DNA from: Schizochytrium sp. TIO01
Lineage: Eukaryota; Protista; Bigyra: Labyrinthulomycetes
Assembly: GCA_004764695.1 (NCBI GenBank)
Contig: SMSO01000007.1
Location: 806,001 to 870,000, forward strand
Length of the DNA: 64,000 nt
Direction of reading: 5' to 3'
Made by a program: the position numbers and the translations under genes. Under the pieces are notes generated by a model. The model was not told where the DNA came from. It searched no databases and was given only the letters and a program-made list of their open reading frames with translations. Of the stretch, positions 56,827 through 64,000 are shown piece by piece (position 1 is the stretch's first letter; each line of letters begins with the position of its first letter).

Positions 56827-57759
56827 TTAGTCCTTCTTCGCCTTTGCAGGCGCGGGCGCCGAAAGGCCTGCAAGGACGGCGCCAAAGAGTAGGGCTCCGG
56901 CGCAAACACCGTGGAAAACAACACCAGTGTTGAACATATCCCGAAGAGCAAGAATGGTGCTCTCATCCGAGCCAGAAACATTTTCGAGACCCATGTGAAT
57001 GTAAAAGTCGACTGCACCGATACCGACATGGAAGATGAAGGTGAGCAATAGTGCAACGCTAGTCGGCTTCAATGTGTGCAAGAGGGCATTTGCTGTGAGA
57101 ACCTGGACGTTGTAGATGGTATGAATAAGCTGCAGGAACTGCAAGCCAAGAGGAGTAAGTACCTTGGTTACGCTAAATCCTGGTGTGTTGGCGTCTGCGC
57201 CGGGTGCCATCCTCTCAAAGAAGTATTCAGATCCCATGAGTGCAAAAAATGTCACCGTGCTCTCAATGGTGATCATAGTGTACAAAATAAGAGAGGCAAT
57301 GCGGGAGCTGGTGCGGCGGAGGCCCTCACGCTTTGATCCCGCGAACATGAGGCCAACGAAGTTAAGTGCGAGCACAACTTTATTGGCGAGATCCCCCATT
57401 TCAATACCTTCTGCGTGAAGAGCTGACAGGTCTCCTGAGTCGCGCATAAGTTTGGTGTCGCGGTCGAACGTAAGCACCAGCGCGATATGTGGAATGAGCA
57501 TGGCCATGAAGCCGAGTTTGGTGTCTCCGAGCATGAAGATAGTCAGGCCCAAGACTAGCTGCGCAAGGCCTGCAGAGCGCACAACGTACTCAGTAAACAT
57601 GGTTCCCGATTCATCTTTGCTCAGATACCCGAGTGTTTTGCCTCCGAAAACGCGAGTTTCGAGCTCGCTGTACCCGAAGAGATTGAAGCCACCATGGGCC
57701 ACCTCAAAGGCCGCCAGCGAGTAGTACAGCAGCTTGCTCACGACAGACTTTAGCGACAT
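56827..57759 (-). CDS. Multi-pass membrane protein (~8 TM, two homologous halves), KxKxx C-terminus
   Basis: Hydrophobic segments, GC3-rich host-like codons, ends KAKKD. Family not recognised. Confidence 0.75.
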   Translation of the reverse strand: MSLKSVVSKLLYYSLAAFEVAHGGFNLFGYSELETRVFGGKTLGYLSKDESGTMFTEYVVRSAGLAQLVLGLTIFMLGDTKLGFMAMLIPHIALVLTFDRDTKLMRDSGDLSALHAEGIEMGDLANKVVLALNFVGLMFAGSKREGLRRTSSRIASLILYTMITIESTVTFFALMGSEYFFERMAPGADANTPGFSVTKVLTPLGLQFLQLIHTIYNVQVLTANALLHTLKPTSVALLLTFIFHVGIGAVDFYIHMGLENVSGSDESTILALRDMFNTGVVFHGVCAGALLFGAVLAGLSAPAPAKAKKD

Positions 57760-60376
57760 GTTGAGCCAAACCCACGCCTCACTTTGTGTGCCACGCTAGT
57801 CTCGTCCCAAGCCTTTCACGAAGGTGCGTCGAGTTCTGCAGCTTGAATCTCATTCTATCATCCTGAAAACTCAACAGTCATGACGTCCCTCGAATCAGAT
57901 CTTTCCATTCTTTTTCCTAACTTCGTCTTTTCGATAGGAACACGTATTGTTATCTTCTTATAACGTTACGTTACGTACGATGGGACGAAAACGTTACTTC
58001 CCTCTTCAGCCTTACGAGGGACTGCGAACGAACGAGCTTGGATGAGGAAAGGGCTCTTTGGCGAAGGTCATTGGAGGTCACAGGTGGTCGCTCTTCTCTG
58101 CACAGACTAAGAAGCGCTTCTCAGTGGATTGTCGTGAAAGTGATATGCTTTATTGGATCAAATTTAGAAGCATCTCGGTAATGAGTAGCTTTGGTTTGTG
58201 AGTCAGGACAATCTGTAGTTCGGGATGCGCTTCTTTTATAGAGAGAGGGGCAGCTCCACAACTATCCTGAGACAGTTAGTTTGCTGGATTGATGCGACAA
58301 TGCCTGCGGCTTATTCACGAGGCAAATCGCAAGGATATGTATGGGTCTGCTGCGCAGTTTTCATCATTCTTAGCGGAAAGCTATATCTGCAGTCCTCTCC
58401 TCTCAAGACTAGATTGCCCGAGACATGGTCTCGAGAGGATGCTCGAAATTGTTGAAATAGGGACATGCCTACTACTTTCGAAGCTAGCAATTCGGTCTGA
58501 CAAGCAGAACGCTTCGCCAGTATGCATTCTGTATTCATTCTCTCGAGGTATCACCATCATATGTTGCATTAGTTGCAATAGCAGTTATGAACTCCAGCAG
58601 CATTGGCCGAATTGGTTGTCGGAGCATCTAAAGCGCGATCTCGCATCAGTACGATTTACCACAGAAGACCTCATTTCGCCAGCACTGTTTACGCACTCCG
58701 TCGGAGGCGGTGAGGGCGACTTCCAAAGCTAGCAAAGCATTGTGCAGCTTCGTGCGCTTCTAAGCGGGTAGCGCTCCTCAAAGCAAATAATTTTGTGGCA
58801 AACATATGCCCAAGTTATAGCTGCCCGCCGGTCGCTTGCTGATAAATAGTTGAGCAGTTGATTCATGTCGAAGCCAACTGCTCAGAGTCAGACGGCCAAA
58901 TGCGCCCCAATATGGCTGGTCTTCGCTCAACGGTCAAATGCATCAAATCCGTCAAATGCGTCATGGCTGTGAAAAGCAATCGTTGCGTGAGGAATGGACG
59001 GATGGCTGTCGAGGACGATCAATATCTGCATATCTGCGTATCGGCAATTACGAAAGCGTTGGTTGCGATAAACTTTGGAGCATCTCTCGGCAGGGAAGAG
59101 GGCAGCACACCAGTGAACTACATGTGTGATAGATAACCTGGAGATCTCTCGACTTCTCGACACCACACCGCGTAATCCGGGTGATACACATTTCAGGCAG
59201 CGAGTGCACGCATGTCTCTAGTCAGGCCTCGACGATCGAGCAAACGTCTCGATCGATCGACCTTGATCGCCACGCTGTCTCGCCTTGCAGTGAACGAATC
59301 TGCCTTTCGACCCACCGGAACAGAAGAAATTGAGAATGTTTTATTCGCCATCCAACACGAACTCCTTTTTCCACAGTATTATGTTTTTCGATGTAGTTCT
59401 GCAAAAGAAAGTAAAAATCTTGAGCACCAAAAAACGATATTTACGAATTTGTACTTATTTCCATTTGCAAAATTACAATTGTTAAACAAGAAAGAAAGAA
59501 AGAAAGAAAGGCTTTCAAGTTCTTCTCCTTTCCTCTTCTCTTCCTTTTCCCGTTCTGTTCCTTCTTCCGCTGTTCTTTCCCCTCTCTCTCTTTCTGCTAC
59601 AGCCGTTGGCAGTAGGTAGTACTAGTAGTCATTACACTAGCACCCACCTACCGGCAGACTAGGCGGGCGCATTTCCGGACACCACAATAAAATACCGTAT
59701 TTTAATCTCAGACCCCGCCAATGCATGATTGATCGATTGTTTGTTATTGGAGGCACTTCGAGGAGGCTGCTCGTGGCCACGAGAGAGACAGCGTCGCGAG
59801 GCTTGCGAGAAACCGGTTCCTCCTTACGGGTGTTCCGAGGGTCGCCAGGCTGGGGAGCAAGCTCGCAAGGACGATTGAGCCGGAGCGGGCCTTGGAAAGG
59901 GCCTGTGCCACAGGTGCTCTCTCGCTTCGTGGCCATTCGATGGATGCCGCCAATTAATCGCACATTTTCACAGCTTTTTATAACGCGATTATAAAAACCA
60001 ATCGTCATACTAACTAAGTGTGTACAGTACATATTGTTTGTATGTATGTATGTATGTATGTATGTATGTATGTACATGGATTCACATGATGGTTATAATG
60101 TGGGATAATTGTTGAGGGATTCGTCTCCAAAAACCTCATCAGCTATCTATCTGTACGAGGATGGATTGAGTTGCGACTTACGAGGAATCGCGACGAATGA
60201 TTGATTGAAGCGGAGCACTGGCGTGTCTCTTGAAGCTCTTTCGCATTTGGCGAAACGGCAGCCGCCTGAGTTTCTGCCATGGCATCACGATCGACGTGGC
60301 GGCTGAGCCTTGAGCTCGAGCATAAAGTATACTGACAAACACAATTCCTTTGGAAAGCACACACTCACTCACTCAC

Positions 60377-60603
60377 AAAAGAAAAGAGAAAAGAGAAGAA
60401 AAGAAAAGAGAAGAAAAGAAAAGAGAAGAAAAGAAAAGAGAAGAGAAGAAAAGAGAAGAGAAGAGAAGAGAAAAGAACAGAAAAGAGAAAAGGAAAAAGA
60501 GGAAAGGAAAAGAAAGAAAAAAGAAGAAAGGAAAAGAAAAGAAAAGAAAAGAGAAAAGAAAAGAGAAGAAAAGAAAAGAGAAGAGAAGAAAAAAGAAAAG
60601 AGA
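60377..60603. repeat. Polypurine (AAAAG/AAGAG)n tract
   Basis: About 225 bp almost exclusively A/G. Confidence 0.92.
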
Positions 60604-61130
60604 ACAATGTAAGAGAGAAGAGGGCAGATTCGACCACGATCGATCAATCAATCATCATCAACCAAGAGTTTCGTGATAAAGGCTCCTTCTTCAAGGCCGT
60701 GGGCTCCTCCAGCTCCGGGCGTCTGGGCGGCGTGCAGCTTTGATTAGGTCAGGCCAGGCCAGGCCGATCCAAGGCACCTTGGTCACCTCGCAGCCAGCCC
60801 TTTGGGGCTCCTCGAGCAAGATGGCGCAATGCAATTTGCAAGCGCAAACAATAATGCAAGAATCGTAGAGCGGTAACACTCGCTACTGCCATCGCTAGCG
60901 CACAGGTACAAAGGGTACAAAGGGACCCAGCCACTCATTTGCCTCATCTATCTCATTTCATCTGATCTAATCTCTGGTTCTTCGCGGCGTCTGCGCCCAC
61001 GATCGTCGAGAAGGCAGGCAGGTCCCTCCCTGCCCAGCATCGAGTCTTATGTGCTTGCTCGTCTCCTCCTGCGATCTCCAAGAAGCGCCGGGTTCTCTCA
61101 TTCATGCCATATCTTGACCATGTGCAGAAC

Positions 61131-61397
61131 ATTCATAATTCATATATTCATAATTCATATATTCATAATTCATATATTCATAATTCATATATTCATAATT
61201 CATTATAATTCATTCGTTCATACATTCATACATTTTCATAATCATACATTTTCATAATTCATTATAATTCATTCGTTCATACATTCATACATTTTCATAA
61301 TCATACATTTTCATAATTCATACATTTTCATAATTCATCATTCATACATTTATCATTCATACATTCATAATTCATACATTCATTCATTCATCATTCA
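61131..61397. repeat. TTCAT-based minisatellite with higher-order structure
   Basis: 15-bp ATTCATAATTCATAT units, then a ~59-bp duplicated block, then degenerate TTCATA units. Confidence 0.88.
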
Positions 61398-63695
61398 CAC
61401 TCCGCAGTACTGCGCAGATAGCGATAATGCCTAGCAGTGCACTCTACGAAGTCAGCGGTACCCGGACGATCTGTACTGCATTCCGGGACCTAACGTCCGC
61501 CTCCACAGAAGTTCTTCTGCCGCGGCCTGAGCTCGAGACCCTCTGGGCCGAGCCGTGCCATGCCGTGCAAAGCCCATGCATGCATGGATATCCCGGCAAA
61601 CCTCGCCGGGCGTAGCTTCGAGAGAGCCGTCGAGCCTAGCGCCAACCCGACCCCCCCCCCAAAAAAAATAAGAAACGAGCTCCAACTCCAACCAACCCGA
61701 ACTTCGAACATTGGTTTGCAATTTCAACATTCTTTCTTTCACTGCAGTTGCAACAATAAACGAACTCACCTCCGCAAAGGTGAGCACCACCCTACCACCC
61801 CACCTAACCTTTACTGTACCCACACCTCCTCCAAAGAAAAGGTTTCTGGTAATGACGCTCCATTTTGTAACCACGGCGCACTCCTACCCGATCCCTATAC
61901 AAACCATATATATGGTTACCAGGTCCTAATAGTCGCTAGCCCCCCGAGGTTTTCGTGGCTCGGCTCACCGGAGCGCTAGCGGCGCGTAAGCACTGCTAGC
62001 GGGTCCCTGGGCAAACGCTGTATTTGTATACGAAGACAGACAGCGACGATGAAGAAAAGGCTTTGTTGGTGTAGGAATTGGTGGGTGGACAATCTGTATC
62101 TTGGATAAAGGCTGTAACGTGACCGATGGGCTGTTTGGTCTGTTCGTTCGTTGCGGCGAGTTGAGCACCATCGATCAATAAACGAATGAATCCATCAATC
62201 AATCAATCAATCAATCAATCCTGGCAAATGTAATAGCTAGGAGTGCGGCTAACGTAAAAGCTAGCCGTCGAGGCCGTCGTAGATACCGGTTAACGGTACA
62301 GGTACCCCTGAGCGTGTCTCTCAAAGGCATAGTATGGCTAGCTGACTCTTAGGCAGCCGCTGAGAAGCTGGGAGCGCAGAAAATCATACCGTGGGCGCCT
62401 TTGCTCTGCTCTGCTCTGCTCTGCTCGCCCTGCTCTGCGCCGGCGCCAGGGAGGGCTGAGGCCGCTCGGCTGAGGGAAGGGGTGGCGCGGGAGAGGGCCA
62501 GTGAGAGGCAGGAGCTGCGGCGCAGCAGGCTGCGGCTCCGATCGAGCGCAGAGCCACGGGCGCTCGCTCGCTTCGTACTAGAGCCATCCATCATCCGCGG
62601 TTGCGATTATGACTTTGATACGGGTTTTGCAGGGCCCAGGAAGCGCTCCCCGCGTTCCCAGGCGGGAACTTGCGGAACTTGCGGAACGGGTGGAACTGAA
62701 GAAGAAGCGTCAGAGGGTGAGGACTTTTCCTACCTTACGAGGCACCCTCGCCGTCGTCCGAATCTGCAGAGTCCCCTCTGCGACCACTGGGGGAACTGGC
62801 GGGGCGTGGAGGGGCGGCCACTGGGCCCTTGTCCTCCTCAGCCTTATGGAACCATTCCCCTCAGGAGGAGGCTGGGGAATGTTGAAGGGTTTGGGCTTAC
62901 CTCACCACAGCGACCAGAACATAAAATGCTTGTAGAGGTGATACACTGGAATCTTGAGTCAAGAGCCAAAGATATTATAGGGGCCGTGACGCCAGTGGTC
63001 CCTCACTGCGCACGTGCAAATATTCCAGTGGGGTTGGTTGCAGTGGCGCGTCTCACAACGCCACTGCCCACAGCTGATTTCCTCGCGCTCCATCCACAGA
63101 CCCTCTTTGCGCCCCTCGCTTGGGTAAATAAATAGCTATCCATCCTCGCGAGAACGCTGAGCCTTGGAGCGCCGCCGGGTCAGCACAGGTCCCGCACCCG
63201 TCGCCTCGAAGGACGCCCTCCCCCTCCGCCGTGCTCCCCTCGCAGAGTTCCGGGCGCCCAGACCCTCTTTCTTCCGGTCTCTGGTCCCAGATCTGAAGAT
63301 CGTCTCATCGTGCTCAAACAAACAAAGATTCAAACCATCCATCCATCCATCGTACGTACATCCAGCCGCCCTCCCGCACCCCAGGCCTAAGCAGGAGCCG
63401 GAGGCCCGCCGGGTCGGTAGAGGAGTGCCAAGCGTCCGAGCGCAGGCGCGGCGGTCCGTGGAGCGAGAGGTCGTGAGGCGCTGGTGCAGCGGCATCCTTC
63501 ATAGTTGTCTTCGCGACGTCGTAATCTCTCTTCTCTTCCTTTCTCTTCTTTTCTCTTCGTTCCTTCAGTTCGGAACACCTGCTACCTTTACAGGTAGATA
63601 GGTTGATATTGTTCGTTCTATTGTTCTGTTCTGTTCTGTTCTGAGGACTGTGGTTGTTCGTTCTTCTTTTGTTGAGGTTTTCGATTTCTTCGGAT

Positions 63696-63712
63696 TTCTT
63701 TCTTTTTTCTTT

Positions 63713-63759
<47 letters not shown>

Positions 63760-63800
63760 GTGTTTCTTTTCTTTTTCGTTTCCTTCTTTCTTTCTCTCTT
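63696..63800. repeat. (TTTC)n polypyrimidine tract
   Basis: Direct reading. Confidence 0.9.
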
Positions 63801-64000
63801 TGTTTTTCCAATCAGGGTACAACTTTTAACTGTAAAAGGAAAGAAAAAGACTGCTCGGGATAGAAAGGAAGAAAGAAAGAGGGAGAGAGAGAGAGATAGA
63901 GAGAGAGGGAGAAGATAGTAATAGAAGCAGGAGAAGCAAGAAAGGATTCGCTTAGTCAGGTAGTTAGTCTCTTCCTTCCTTAGTTCTCCCTTGGCTTCTC

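Noticed and set aside
58000-59170. Possible decayed gene with a faint kinase-like NFGAS...NYMCDR segment
   Set aside because: No HRD or VAIK motif found; similarity too weak.
60310-60676. Lys/Arg/Glu-rich and Phe/Ser/Leu-rich ORFs
   Set aside because: Translations of the polypurine tract.
61131-61397. CRISPR-like array
   Set aside because: No unique spacers, no cas genes, eukaryotic context; simple minisatellite.
62401-63135. 244-aa GC-rich ORF
   Set aside because: Starts in a (CTCTG)n repeat with a non-ATG codon; no domain or codon-bias evidence.
1-64000. tRNA/rRNA genes
   Set aside because: No convincing cloverleaf or rRNA-like segment noticed by eye; tRNAscan-SE/Infernal would be decisive.

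Overview
Eukaryotic (protist-like) genomic DNA with mostly intronless genes and microsatellite-rich intergenic tracts. The style suggests a thraustochytrid/stramenopile, but that is inference. Host genes: D-2-hydroxyacid dehydrogenase, cytochrome b5-acyl-CoA dehydrogenase fusion with PTS1, cNMP-binding protein, Wss1/WLM protease, cytochrome P450, PI4K-gamma-like kinase, TMEM14, a large ARM+LamG-like protein, U1-C, a DHRS7-like SDR and an internally duplicated membrane protein. From 12.5 to 23 kb lies a mobile-element cluster: an inverted LTR head-to-head with a truncated Ty1/copia element, a decaying pogo/Fot1-type transposase, and two ~760-bp direct-repeat mini-elements. These mini-elements are the most notable signal and have no intact ORF. 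Read across frames, they are internally deleted IS607-type elements (serine recombinase TnpA + Fanzor2/TnpB remnants). Their 3' hairpin region, a putative omega-RNA scaffold, contains a 53-nt block identical in both copies, and the copies bracket the P450 gene. A second notable locus is a ~1,200-aa adenosine-deaminase-fold gene (36.4-40.0 kb) split by a -1 frameshift at an A8 run.
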